Assembly: GCA_951406725.2 (NCBI GenBank)
Contig: OX597840.1
Location: forward strand, 12,152,001-12,216,000
DNA from: Octopus vulgaris
Lineage: Eukaryota
Length of the DNA stretch: 64,000 nt
Reading direction: 5' to 3'
The position numbers and the translations under genes were made by a program. Within the stretch, counting starts at the first letter, position 1. Each line of letters starts with the position of its first letter. This document shows, piece by piece, positions 38,230-51,225 of this stretch. The notes under the pieces are model-generated. The model had not been told where the DNA came from, did no database searches, and was given only the letters and a program-made list of their open reading frames with translations.

Positions 38230-39810
38230 CAGCTACAATTTCCATTTTATTTTGATTTTACTTGACTCAGTAGGTCTTCTCAAGCACAGCATGTTGCCCG
38301 ATGATTCAAAGGTACTTTTTAAATGCGCTGGTTATGTGACACTGGTGTAGGCTACGACTGTGATCTCGCTTTACTTGCTGTATCTTCTCAATCTCAGCAT
38401 ATCTCCAGAGGTCTCGGTCTTTCGTCATTGCCTCTGTGAGGCCCAACATTCGAAGGTCATGCTTCACCACCTCATCCCATGTCTTCCTGGGTTGCCCTCT
38501 ACCATGGGTTTCTTCCACTATTAGGGAGTGACGCTTCTTCTCTCAGCAGTTGTCTCTCTTGCACACCACATCTGATGCTTTTTATGCCCAACATTTCTCT
38601 CAGGTCACTTACATTCTATAGTGTGTGCACACTGACATTACACATCCAGCTGATCATACTCGCTTCATTTCTTTCAAGCCCATGCATGTCCTCAGCAGTC
38701 ATGGGCCATGTTTCACTGCCGTGTAGCATGGCAGTTCGCACACATGCATCATACAATCTACCTTTCACTCTGAGCGAGAGGCTCTTTGTCACCAGTAGAG
38801 GTAGGAGCTTTCTGAACTTTGCCCAGGCTATTCTTATTCTAGTGGCAATGCTCTCCGAGCATCCACCTCCACTACAGACTTGGTCACCTTGGTAGTGGAA
38901 GCTATCAACTATTTCTAGTTTGTCCCCCTGGCATGTGATGGAATCAGTTTCCTGTGCATCTGCTGCACAAAAGCTATCTTCCCAGTTAACCTTCCTTTGA
39001 TGTTGCTGCACCTCTTATGTGTCCATAGCTTACACTGGGTACATCTTATGGAGTTTCTACCTACACCTTTTCTACAGATCGAGCAGAGCCACCTATCTGA
39101 AGGGGTTTGTGATGTGTTTGCCTTCCTACTTACTCTGCAACATTGACTCTAAGGCCTTTCAATTCTAAACCTTGCTTCCACACCTGAAATTTCTTTAGTT
39201 CTGGTAGTGATTTCACTTTGAGAGCAAGGTCATCAGCATAGAGGAGCTCCCAGGGGCAACCTGTCTTGAATTCCTCTGTTATTGCCTGGAGGACTATGAT
39301 GAACCCCCTACTTCTACCCGTAATTCTTCACTATACTCATTGCCAACCCATACCTTATTAACGGTATCCTTGTACAGCTCTTATTAACCACTTGCTTATC
39401 CCAAGTTTCTGCATTGCCCACCAGATAAGGGATCGAGGGACCCTGTCAAAGGCTTTCTCCAAGTCAACAAAAGCCAAGTATAGGGGTTTATATTTGGCTA
39501 GATATTTCTCCTATTACTATACCAGGAATATAGCATCAACAGTGCTTCTACCTGGTACAAAACTCAACTGCATCTCATCTAAGCAGACTCTCTCCCTAAT
39601 CAGTTGGGCTATGACCCTCTCCGTGACCTTCATCACCTGATCCAGCAGTTTGATACCCCTGTATCACCTTTACATTTGTAGTAGTTGACTTATGGTGCTG
39701 TTACACCAGTCATTGGGTATGACTCCTTCATGAACTACAGGTGACTAGGCCATAACCCACACCACCAGATATTTTAAGCATCTCAGCAGTGATTCCTGAT
39801 GGGCCAGGTT
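38230..39810 (-). mobile_element. RTE-clade LINE, decayed reverse transcriptase region
   Basis: GCPWELLYADDLAL at ~39220-39262; RIRIAWAKFRKLLPLL...KGRLYDACVRTAMLHGSETW; GRGQPRKTW. Confidence 0.85.
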
Positions 39811-40307
39811 TAAACCAGCCAAATATGTATAGGCTTTATGAGATATGTAGACTACAATCACTTAATTACATAAAGCAGTCTCCAATAGTCCAGCTAACTC
39901 TCTCCTATATCTTATTCTCTTTCTCTTTTATTCCAGAACATCAGATGACATTGGCAGGACAGAATATTTTTACTTCAGTATCCTGGAAGATAGCATACAG
40001 AACAGATGCATAGATGAGGAATTGCATTGAAATTTCTTTTGTAAACGAAATTCCTCAAAAGTCACTGTTTGGCTGTTTGGAATGTGTGCACGATTTTTGG
40101 GACATAATTAAAGTTGAATGAATTTGCAGCATCATTAGGTATCAACAAAGATCACTGCTGTTAGAAATATAGGTGTTAAAATATGTATGATTAAACTATA
40201 AATACAACTATATATATATATATATATATATATAGTTTTGATAGAGGAGAAATTATTTAAAAATCTATTTGAGAAAGTGAAAGGACGGAGTTTATTTTCC
40301 TCAAGCG

Positions 40308-40919
40308 ATGGCAGAAGTGACAGGGAAATCAACAGACAGTAGTGATATCTGTGAAAAGTCATCCTCTCAAAAATGTAACATCTTGACTCCCAAACGAACT
40401 CCCAAAGAAGCAAAGCTACATCACTGTGATGTTTGCGGTAAAATCTTTTCTCAAAGTAACTACTTAGTTACACACATACGTGTACATACAGGTGAGAAAC
40501 CATATCACTGTGATGTCTGTGGCAGATCATTCTCTGAAGGAAGTCATTTGACAACTCACAAACGTACACATACAGGAGAAAAACCATATCTTTGTGATAT
40601 TTGTGGCAAAACGTTCTATCAAAAATGTCACTTAAACGAACACAAGTACTTTCATACGGGAGAGAAGCCATTTCACTGTGATATCTGTGATAAATCATTC
40701 TCTCGAAAAAGCCACTTGACTTCACATCAGAACATTCATACAGGAGAGAAGCCATATCACTGTGATGTCTGTGGTAAATCTTTCACAGAAGGAAGTACCT
40801 TAAGTAAACATATACGTAGCCATTCAGGAATCAAACCTTTTAAATGTGATATCTGTGGTAAATCATTCTCTCGGACAAGTATCTTAAAAAATCACAAACT
40901 CATCCATACAGGAGATTAG
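40308..40919 (+). CDS. C2H2 zinc-finger protein A5 (203 aa, 6 fingers; earlier TAG removes the truncated 7th finger)
   Basis: Same architecture; GGAGATTAG replaces GGAGACAAT of paralogues; acceptor ending at 39936. Confidence 0.88.
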   Translation: MAEVTGKSTDSSDICEKSSSQKCNILTPKRTPKEAKLHHCDVCGKIFSQSNYLVTHIRVHTGEKPYHCDVCGRSFSEGSHLTTHKRTHTGEKPYLCDICGKTFYQKCHLNEHKYFHTGEKPFHCDICDKSFSRKSHLTSHQNIHTGEKPYHCDVCGKSFTEGSTLSKHIRSHSGIKPFKCDICGKSFSRTSILKNHKLIHTGD

Positions 40920-42218
40920 CCATATCACTGCAACACCTGCAGTAAATCATTATCTATTGTTACTTAAATGGACACAAGTGTATTTGATGCATCACATTCC
41001 GAAGGGAAGTCCCTTGAAAAATCCACATGTAGACTCAGAGAGAAGAGAATATCATGAATGTAACCCTATCCATAGTAAAGTATTCTCTCAAAGCAGCCAC
41101 TTAGCTACACCTGTATATATTCATACAGAAGATTTACCATATAATGTCAAAAATCTTTCCATAAATCTCATGTTATATAACCATCGGTGTATTTGTTTGA
41201 CAAAGAAGATATAGCAATCTTCGGACACTTTGTATAAACATATTTATGTCCACTTTAATGCAATAAATTATAACTGATATTTTTAATAAATCATTCTTTC
41301 AGAATCTTCATATATATTCCTTCTAATGTATAGTCTGTGTGGTTGTGAAGCTTGCTTGCTAACCATGTGGTCTCAAGTTCAGTCCCATTGTACAGTACAA
41401 GTGATTTTTTTGTTTTCTGGCCTCAGCCTGACCAAAGCTTTGTGAGTGGATTTGGTAGATGGAAACTGGAAGAATCTCATCATATATATCTGTGTGTGTT
41501 TGCATGTACCCTTGTCTCGATATTACCCTCACAGTTATTTCCAAATGTGTGGCCATGAGGAAATATTACCTTACTTGGGAATGACAACAAGAAAGTCATA
41601 CTGCTGTAGAAAATCTTCATCAAAACTCCATCTGATGCATGCAAAGTATAGAAAAATGGATGTTAAAATGATGAACAAACATGTTTCTGTGTAATATATT
41701 TTCAGAAGGGAAATTTTATTGCAGATAAAAAGCTGAGAAATGTATTGCCATTGAAAAATGAGAACATCACTTTTTAACATTTCAAACAATTGTACAAATC
41801 ACGAAAGAAAATATTTCATCATCATATAAGATATACATCTGTTATCTAATTGAGTTTCCCCTCCGTCTTATTTCTTGCATGTAACTCACATCTACTTGCC
41901 TTCATTCTATCCTCCCAGTACACATCAGAAGCAAGTTAAAAAGGTATAATTTCGTCTGGGTGGATTGTAATGATGTATTGAGGATCTGCTGTTGACAGAA
42001 AAAATGGTATATGAAGTGATTGTGATAGTTGATGTGGGACAGAATAATCAAGCTTAGACTGATCTTGATTAATTTGACGACAATATCTCTGCTTGTACCC
42101 TGCAGACTTGAGTGGCAGATGAACAGGGGCACCAATTTATCAAGGCCCTTTTGTAGATTTCCTTACAGTAATTATCTTAAATTTTAAACAATAATATTTA
42201 TTCCTCTAAGTGTAATGA

Positions 42219-42420
42219 TCTATATATATATATAAAGATGAGAATGTCTGTGTGAATCCCTAAAACTCGAGAACTACACAACCGATTTCATTCAAATTTT
42301 ACACATGCCTTATTTAGGGTCCATGCAGTGCCAGGGTCCAATAAAATGCGAGCCTGGCGTGGTCTCTTATATCTTCCACTATTTCAGTATTACGTGTCAA
42401 AAATGAATAACATCTCTTGA
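42219..42420 (+). mobile_element. Helitron-like non-autonomous 5' fragment (mirror copy 23040-23250, minus strand)
   Basis: A|TCTATATATATATAAAGATG...gtctgtgtg...accgatttcattcaaatttt start. Confidence 0.45.
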
Positions 42421-43879
42421 TTAATTGACGACAATATCTCTGCTTGTACCCTGCAGTCTGGACTGGCAGATGAACAGGGCCACCAATTTATCAAGTCCCT
42501 CTTGTAGATTTCCTTGATTTTACATGACAATTACTTGATGGCTGATTACCTCAATGGACAAATCAGGCAGCACCTCCGGAATGGGGACGGAACAATGCTG
42601 CTGGAGCTCTGTTGTGCTAATGACTTGATAATCTGCAACACTTGAAGAACCGTTGGCACACAAGAGAAAATCCTTAGCAGCATTCCACCTGTCTCATGTT
42701 CTCAGTTCAAATTCTGCTGAGGTCAACTTTGCCCTTCAACCTTTCAGGGTTGATAAAATACAGTCAAGTGCTGAGTCTATGTGATCAATTCCTTCTCTCC
42801 AAAACTGCTGGCTTCGTGCCAAAATCTAAAACCATTATTAAGTCCTCGACCTCTACAATGAAATTATTTCATGATATATTATTTTAATTACTTAATTATT
42901 TTTCTATTACCTTTTAATTAATATTTAATTTGATTATTTTTTTTAGATCTTAGGTCATCTTAACCATATTGTAATTATCTTATTTTTTTAAACAGCAATA
43001 TTTATTCTTCTAAGAATAACAATCTTATATAAATGGAATATATTCCTTAGTGAGTAATTTACTGATTATTTTCTTTAGGATTCTCATTAACTAAATTTAT
43101 TTTCCACTCAAAGCCTATATTTAGAGTTAATACTGATCAATCACCATTCTATAATGACTTAAACAATATATCTTATGAACAGCTTTAAATGTATTTTCCT
43201 TCTCTGTACATTTGTTGAAGACAATAACAGTTTAACAACAGCAGGAATTTTTACCATGTCATCTTTCATGACTTTCTCAACCTTACAATCCCTAAATCTG
43301 CTGGCACACAAACCCCTTGTTTTGGCCAAAAGTTGTTAAGTTTACTGCTGCCTGTATCCCTTACTTATTCTCTGCTCTCTATTCTTAGCAGTGTAGCGAA
43401 ACTTTGAGGAGTGTTTGTTGATGTTAATTTCATGATCTCTGTAGAACCAAGTCAAACAAATACGGATCAATTAATATGCAAGATTAATAAATCTGGGAAT
43501 TACGTAAAACCAATGTATCCAAGATGTACCTAAGCTGATTGAAAATGGATTATTCTGCATTTTTTTTTGTGTTTATGCACACACACTCACAAACCTGCAT
43601 ATATATATATATATATCTGTAAAATAATATGTGACAATTATTCGGTAGCCAAGATAAAACTCTGAGTTTTGGATGCCGAGGTGGAAATCCACACCACCAT
43701 CTCTTCGGTTATCTGGCCATCTGAAAAACGCTATGAAAAAAATATACCGTTATATAAAGGGAAATTACTGTATTATAGACTGCTACTTATACAAAAGCAC
43801 TAATTCGGATGACCGCTAATTAAGATAAGGTTAAAAGTTCATAGTAAACATGTAAGCATGCCTGTTCATACGCTTTTAC

Positions 43880-43885
43880 CAATAC

Positions 43886-43946
<61 letters not shown>

Positions 43947-43964
43947 TATACACACACATATATA

Positions 43965-44010
<46 letters not shown>

Positions 44011-44160
44011 GGCCTGCTCGTTTAGCCAGCGGGGTGGTGTCATTCGAAGGCTAAAACAATGCGAATGCATTGTGACCAGTGATGTGTAACAACATCTGAT
44101 GGGCTGGTCGGTCACATGATCATGTGATATACATATATATATATATATATATACATACAC

Positions 44161-44193
<33 letters not shown>

Positions 44194-44197
44194 CATT

Positions 44198-44231
<34 letters not shown>

Positions 44232-44543
44232 CATATATATACATATATACATCACGTGATCACGTGACTGACCAGACCATCAGATGTTGCCACATCGCTG
44301 GTCACAATGTGTTCGCATTGTTTTAGCCATCGAATGACGCCACCTCGCTGGCTAAGCGAGCAGGCCAACAGAAGAAAGAGTGGTGAAAAAGTACAGCAGG
44401 GATCACCAACCCCTGCCGGAGCATCGAGGGCTTTTTAGGTGTTTTCGCTCAATAAACACACAACGCCCGGTCTGGGAATCGAAACCGCGATCCTACGACC
44501 ACAAGTCTGCTGCCCTAACCACTGGGCCATTGCGCCTCCACAC

Positions 44544-44578
<35 letters not shown>

Positions 44579-44755
44579 CATACATATATATATATACATA
44601 TTATATGACGGAACGCACGCATCCATTTCTAAGTAAGATTGTTCTATATACATATATATATATATTTCGGAATGGTCATTTTGCCAGTTTAGCCAATATA
44701 TATATATATATATATATGCATATATATATATATATATATATACATATCTATACAT
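43880..44755. repeat. Compound (TA)n/(CA)n microsatellite field (other tracts ~450-493, 6745-6812, 8730-8790, 13090-13155, 22805-22975, 33140-33193)
   Basis: Direct reading. Confidence 0.95.
44009..44368. repeat. Inverted pair of SINE 3' ends flanking a (TA/CA)n tract
   Basis: 44009-44128 is the reverse complement of 44252-44368. Confidence 0.8.
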
Positions 44756-45999
44756 CCTACTAAGTGACATTAGATTGTGAAACAGTCAAAAGCACTCACC
44801 ACATTTCTGAATGTGGATAGCTCAATGCTATTGGGATTAGGGGTTAAAGTGAGAGAGAAGGACCCAGAACAAAATGTTGCTAGCTGTGGAGGAGTTTCAT
44901 GACTATTTGCATTACAGATGAGGGTGAGAGTGGCTAGGGTAAAGCTGGGATAGAAATAATGGTGGTGAAGCATCAGGGTGGGTCCTTGAGGTACAGTGGG
45001 GGAGAACAATGTGTGGGTGGGTAAGAATTGCAAGATTGTATGGGGGTGGTTAGTGAGAAAATCCTTTATCTTTTACTTGCTTCAGTCATTAGGCTGCTGC
45101 TATGCTGGAGCACCGTCTCGAAGAATTTTTAGTCAAATGTATCAACCCCTGTACTTATTTTTTGAAAGCCTGGTCCTTATTGTATCAGTCTCTTTTTTTG
45201 CCGAACTGCTAAGTTACAGGGATGTAAACACACCAACATGAGTTGTCAACCTGTGAGATTTCCCTCTTGTACACTGCACTTGATTCAACTTATGTCCGAT
45301 ATTTCTCTCAATCCACCAACACTTTGTCATCCAAAAGAGCAAATTAGCTTTGAGTCTAAGACATTTATCCCCCATGGATGATGATTTAAAACTTCTTAAT
45401 ATATTGGAGAGGTGGTAATTATCCAAGGGTGGCGAGCTGGCAGAAACGTTAGCATGCCGGGCAAAATGCTTAGCAGTATTTCGTCTGCCACTACGTTCTG
45501 AGTTCAAATTCCACCGAGGTCGACTTTACCTTTCATCCTTTCGGGGTCGATAGGACATTCGAGGAAACCCATTTCTTGTCTGTCCTTAGTGTCTATTGCT
45601 CCTGCACATCTTCCAAAATAATCACTACTTTCTTCATTGGCCTTCCTGCTTATACCTATTTCTTTACTATCCACAAGGGGCTAAACAAGGACAGACAGAC
45701 GGATTGAGTCGATTACATCGACCCCAGTCTGTAACTGGTACTTATTTAATCGACCCTGAAAGGATGAAAGGCAAAGTTGACCTTGGCGGAATTTGAACTC
45801 AGAACGTAGCGGCAGACGAAATACCGCTAGGCATTTTGCCCGGTGTGCTAACGTTTCTGCCAGCTTGCTGCCTTCTTCGCATGGAGCTTGGTAGTTTTCG
45901 CTCATAAACACACACATCGCCCGGTCTGAGATTCGAACCTGCGATCCCTCGACCACAAGTCCGCTGCTCTAACCACATGGCCATGTACCTCCACCAGCC

Positions 46000-47310
46000 T
46001 TCCTACATACTTAGCAGAGCCATTTACCTGAAGGGCATAGAGTCCTTTCTGTTTTTCAGCTTACTAAAACTTTGGTCTTTGCTAAGTTCTCTTTAAAGTT
46101 TTGCTTCTGCCCAGAATGTCTTCTAATTTTGTTACAGATTCTGCTAGGAGAGGAAGTTCATCATCATCATCATATAGTAGTTTCCAAGGGCAGCTTGTTT
46201 TAAATTCCTGTTACAACCTGGAGGATGATGAATAGGATGGGACTGAGAACCGAGTCCTGGTGAACTATATCAGTACTCTAAATACACTGCTGAACTCCTG
46301 ACAGAACTCTTACCTTACTGACAGTACCCCTGTACATGGTTTGTATGGCTTTCAGAAATGTTAGCACACCGGGCGAAATGCTTAGCGGTATTTCATCTGC
46401 CACTACGTTCTGAGTTCAAATTCCGCCGAGGTCGACTTTACCTTTCATTCTTTCGAGTTCGATAAATTAAGTACCAGTTATACACTGGGGTCGATATAAT
46501 CGACTTAATCCATTTGTCTGTCCTTGTTTGTCCTCTCTGTGTTTAGCCCCTTGTGGGTAGTAAAGAAATAGGTATTTCGTCTGCTGCTACATTCTGAGTT
46601 CAAATTCCGTCGAGGTCAACTTTGCCTTTCATTCTTTTGGGGTCGATAAATTAAGTATGCACTGGGGTCGATGTAATCAACTTAATCCCTTTGTCTGTCC
46701 TTGTTTGTCCCCTCTGTGTGTAGTCCCTTGTGGGCAGTAAAGAAATAAGAAACCATTCCTCTGTCTTCAGCTTCCTCAGAGACCACCATATGACAGAGCG
46801 AAAGACTCTCAAAGACTTTCTCCAGGTCAATGGATGCCAAGCACAACAGTTCACTCTTAGCTAGCCTCTTGTGCAGTTGTGTAAGCTAGTGTCAGTAGTA
46901 CTTTTCTCTGGCGCAGAACCAAACTGCATCTCGTCCAGTCTAATCCAATTCCTAATTAATTGGGCTATAATATTCTCCGTAACTTTCATGATCTGGTCCA
47001 GCAATTCAATACATCATCATCACTTAACGTCTGCCTTCCATGCTGGCATGGGTCTCTATAATTATTTTTAAGGCATCATATTTATCATCGAAACAGCTGA
47101 CTATAATGCCACTACATCAGTCATTGGGTATGACACCTTCCCGCATAGCCTGATTAACTACGAGTGACTACACTGTATCCTGTTCTGCCAGATACTTTAA
47201 GCATCTTGGTACCAATTCCTGATGGACCAGGGGCCTTCCCTGTCTTCATATCCTTAAATGCCTTGTCTGTCATATTGCTGTTAACTAGGATACTGGTCCC
47301 TGTTGAGGAG
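46000..47310 (-). mobile_element. Fragmented RTE-like RT remnants interrupted by SINEs
   Basis: Similar to 39200-39810 (LLYDDD..LL, KAPGPSG, IP.DW). Confidence 0.6.
46355..46750 (+). mobile_element. SINE family 2 (gagttcaaattcc...gtcgactttgcctttcatcc). Copies at 18800-19160-, 19405-19560+, 45427-45553+, 45660-45875-, 47365-47575-, 61180-61380+, dense cluster 62790-63975
   Basis: B-box GAGTTCAAATTCC; recurrent conserved core. Confidence 0.85.
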
Positions 47311-47979
47311 ACTCTTCATGCATGCATACATACATACACAACAGGCTTCTTTCAGTTTCTTATTTCTTTATTGTCCACAAGGGGCTAAACAAGGACAGAC
47401 AAAGGGATAAAGATGAGAACATCGATCCCAGTGTGTAACTGGTACTTAATTTATCGACCTCGAAAGGATGAAAGGCAAAGCCAACCTCGGCGGAATTTGA
47501 ACTCAGAACGTAACGGCAGATGAAATACCACTAAGCATTTCGCCCGATGTGCTAACGTTTCTGCCAGCTTGCCACCTTTCAATTTCTGCCCACCAAATCT
47601 ACCCACAATGTTCTGGTTGGTCGAGGGCCATAGAAACAAACACTTGCCCAAGGTGTCATATAATGAGACTGAATCCAAAACTATGAGGTTGGGAAGCACA
47701 CATTTTAGCCTCCCAACCATGCCCACACCTACTGTATATAAATAAATATTCAGAACATATGTGAATATTTTGAAAGAATGCTTTTATTGAAAAGATCACT
47801 GTAGCAAATAATTTCAACACTTTACACACAGTTGTGGTTACATAAATTACTTGAAGATTACTACCACACAGTTACATCTTTTGTCCTGTGGCAGGTACAT
47901 GTATATGTAATTGACTTTTTTGAGAGAAAGATTCATCACAGATATTAGAGCTAGTGGTGCTTTTGTGGAAGGTTAAGTG

Positions 47980-48643
47980 ACCTGCCTAAGAAAATGATTT
48001 GAGCCACTCTCCGACTATCTATCTGCGGCTTTATATAGCTATGGTAAGACCTCACCTGGAATTTGCATCGCCGGTCTGGAACCCCTATCTTGCCCAGGAT
48101 ATCAATCATCTGGAAGCCGTTCAGCGATGTGCAACCAAAAGAATACTCTCCATCAGGCATCTGCCATATTCTGAACGCCTTACTTCCCTGGGCATGGACA
48201 CATTAAAACTCCGACGTTTGGCAGCTGACTTGGCAAACACCCATGAAATTATCAACCATCTTACAAACAATAACTCTGAGCACCTTTTCAAACTCCACCC
48301 ATCTAACACCTGTGGACATATTTACAAAGTCAGAAAACAGCACAGCTCCCATGACTTTCGGAAACATTTTTTCACGCTGAGAGTTGCTGAAGCATGGAAC
48401 AAACTGCCGGCATCAGTTGTTAGTTGTCAGAGCACTGCATCTTCAAAACTTCCATGCTTCCTGAGATTCGCCAACACTACACCTGATTTTCTCCCCTCCA
48501 TACACACACAAGCATGTATCTGACTCATACACTGTTCACTTCCCAGACATTTGTACATTACTGCATGTACTTTATATGCACTTTTGACAAGTTGTGGTGC
48601 ACCTAAGCACTGTATACAATAATTTCATTATTATTATTATTAT
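47980..48643 (+). mobile_element. CR1/L2-type LINE 3' fragment with (ATT)n tail
   Basis: VRPHLEFASPVWNPY...LEAVQRCATK...YSERL...RRL..DL...FFTLRV...WNKLP; tail at ~48627-48643. Confidence 0.85.
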
Positions 48644-48644
48644 T

Positions 48645-48804
48645 TTATATGGTTTCTCTCCTGTATGAATATACGTGTCTAGATATTTTACTTTCTACAT
48701 AGAATGATTTCTCATAGATATCACAAGGACATGATTTTACTCTCGTATGAATATATTTGTGCATAGTTGAGCTGTCTGTGTGAGAGAATGATTTCTTACA
48801 GATA
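48645..48804 (-). pseudogene. Decayed zinc fingers downstream of the ZNF B stop
   Basis: Shifted frame reads [26 protein letters not shown]..., then a further decayed finger and HTGEKPY, ending at the CR1 tail. Confidence 0.8.
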
Positions 48805-50184
48805 TCACAGTGGAATGGCTTTTCCTCTGTGAATTCGCTTATGTTTGGTTAAGCTACCCATAACAGCGAACGACTTGCCACAAATATCACAGCAATGTTG
48901 TTTCTCTCCTGTATGAATGAATTGATGTTGAGTTAAGGTACTTGTATGAGAGAATGATTTACCACAGATATCACAGCGATATGGTTTCTCTCCTGTATGA
49001 ATACGATTGTGTTGGGTTACATTACCTTTATAAGAGAATGATTTACCACAGATATCGCAGTGGTATGGTTTCTCTCCTGTATGAATATACTTGTGTACAG
49101 TTAAGTAACATTGTCGAAAGAATGACTTGCCACAGATATCACAGCGATATGGCTTGTCTCCTGTATGAATGCATTTGTGTTGAGCTAAGCTACCTACTTG
49201 AGCAAATGATTTACCACAGATATCACAGTGAAATGGCTTCTCTCCCGTATGAATCCTTTTGTGGTTAGTTAAGCTAGTCATTTGAGAGAATGACACACCA
49301 CAAATATCACAGGGATATGGCTTTTCTCCTGTATGAATAATTTTGTGTTTATTTAAGCTGCTTGTATGAGAGAAGGATTTACCACAGATATTACAGATGT
49401 ATGGCTTTTCTCCTGTATGAGTAAACTTGTGCCTAGTTAAGTAACGCTTTAAAGAAAACGATTTATTACAGATATCACAGTGATACGGTTTGTTGCCTGT
49501 GTGAAGATATTTGTGTGTAGTTAAGTGGTTTATTTGAGAGAATGATTTACCACAGATGTCACAGACACCAGAATTTCCCTCAGTATGAACCTGTTTGTGA
49601 TTAGTCAAGTGATTCTTAAGAGAGAAGGATTTGCCACAGATACTGCACTGATATGGTTTTTCTCCCGTATGAATAAACTTATGTGTATGTAGAACAGCTT
49701 TTTGAGAAAATGATTGACCACAGATATCACAGTGATATGGTTTCTTTCCGGTATGAATATACTTGTGTGCAGTTAAATGGTTTCTTTGAGAAAAAGATTT
49801 ATCACAGACATCACAGTGATATGGTTTCTCTCCTGTATGAATACGTTTATGCTTAGTTACAGCACTTCCTTCAGAGAATGATTTTCCACAGATATCACAG
49901 TGATATGGCTTGTCTCCTGTATGAGTACGTTTGTGACTAGTTAAGCTACTTGTACAAGAAAACGATCTACCACAGATATCACACTGATATGGCTTTTCTC
50001 CTGTATGGATGCGTATATGCTTAGTTAGGTGATCGTTTTTTGAAAAGGATTTACCACAGATACCACAATAATATGGTTTTTCTCCTGTATGAATTCGCTG
50101 GTGTTCAGTAAGACCATGTTTTTGGGAGAATGACTTTTTACAGACATTACAGTTATATGAAGATTTTCCTACCAATTTTGACAT
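48805..50184 (-). CDS. C2H2 zinc-finger protein B (459 aa, 16 tandem fingers, no recognisable effector domain)
   Basis: 16 CxxC-x12-HxxxH units; ends in out-of-frame RGKAIPL; acceptor at 50605-50606 (cttattctgcttctctatcatttcag|aacatcggatgacattg) homologous to A-family acceptor. Confidence 0.93.
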   Translation of the reverse strand: MSKLVGKSSYNCNVCKKSFSQKHGLTEHQRIHTGEKPYYCGICGKSFSKNDHLTKHIRIHTGEKPYQCDICGRSFSCTSSLTSHKRTHTGDKPYHCDICGKSFSEGSAVTKHKRIHTGEKPYHCDVCDKSFSQRNHLTAHKYIHTGKKPYHCDICGQSFSQKAVLHTHKFIHTGEKPYQCSICGKSFSLKNHLTNHKQVHTEGNSGVCDICGKSFSQINHLTTHKYLHTGNKPYHCDICNKSFSLKRYLTRHKFTHTGEKPYICNICGKSFSHTSSLNKHKIIHTGEKPYPCDICGVSFSQMTSLTNHKRIHTGEKPFHCDICGKSFAQVGSLAQHKCIHTGDKPYRCDICGKSFFRQCYLTVHKYIHTGEKPYHCDICGKSFSYKGNVTQHNRIHTGEKPYRCDICGKSFSHTSTLTQHQFIHTGEKQHCCDICGKSFAVMGSLTKHKRIHRGKAIPL

Positions 50185-50783
50185 TACTTCAGGAGAAAAA
50201 AAAAAAAATTCAGTCCTTTATTTTCTTACAAATTTTAGTTTCATGTAATTTTTCTCCATTCACCACATAAGACGGATATTTGTCTTATTTGTAGATTTTA
50301 GTCATAACAAAATTTTTCTTTGTTGCATTTCTTTCAATTGTAAAATCTGTTGCTATCTGAAGATGCTGTGAATTTCTATGTGTAAATTTGTCCAAGCTTA
50401 ATTAAAATTCAGAATCATCTTGAACACATCCCACACAGTGAAGCTGAGAAATTTCTCTAGTAATCCTTGTTCAGAAGAAATATTTCACAATAATTCACCA
50501 TAGATTCATATAAAGAGGGTTATATCTGTTCTGTTGAATATTTCCCCTTAATAGTGAAATGTTGAAAGTGTCAATACATCTGAAGTTCAATGTCATCCGA
50601 TGTTCTGAAATGATAGAGAAGCAGAATAAGACATGGAGGATAATTAAGAAGATGAGACTAAATTGTGGGAATTTTACTATATTTCAATATTGAAACACTG
50701 TAGAGATGTAAACTTGCACCTGAACAAATGAATGTGGTTAAGATATATTCCCATTTCCCTGATTTAAAGATGTGTGTGTAGAG

Positions 50784-51225
50784 CAGTGGTTTTCAACCAG
50801 AGTTCCGCCAGTACAGTCTAGGGGTTCCGCAAGAAGTTACAAAACTTCTAAAATCGGCAGTAATTTTTAATTCTCCTGTGCAGATCATCATCATCATCAT
50901 CGTTTAACGTCTGTTCTCCATGCTAGCATGGGTTGGACGGTTCGACCGGGGATCTGGGAAGCCAGAAGGCTGCACCAGGCTCCAGTCTTATCTGGCAATG
51001 TTTCTACAGCTGGTTGCCCTTCCTAATGCCAACCACTCCGAGAGTGTAGTGGGTGCTTTTTACGTGCCACCTGCACAGGTGCCAGGCGAGGCTGGCAACG
51101 GCCACGGTCGGATTGGTGCATTTTACGTGCCAGCATAAGACTATTAAATTATTGCACAGGGGTTCCTCGAGCCAGTGGAATGTTTCCTTGGGGTTCCGCT
51201 CCAGCAAAACGTTTGAAAAGCACTG
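50784..51225 (+). mobile_element. Same hAT MITE with nested (CAT)n-tailed retroposon (50885-51135)
   Basis: Same TIRs; 8-bp TSD GTGTAGAG. Confidence 0.9.

Larger units (their letters stand above)
23040..42420. repeat. Inverted segmental duplication, arms ~23040-25600 and ~39900-42420 (A4 vs A5)
   Basis: 23678-23896(+) and 41571-41789(-) give near-identical translations; colinear reverse-complement match through 3' flanks. Confidence 0.88.
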
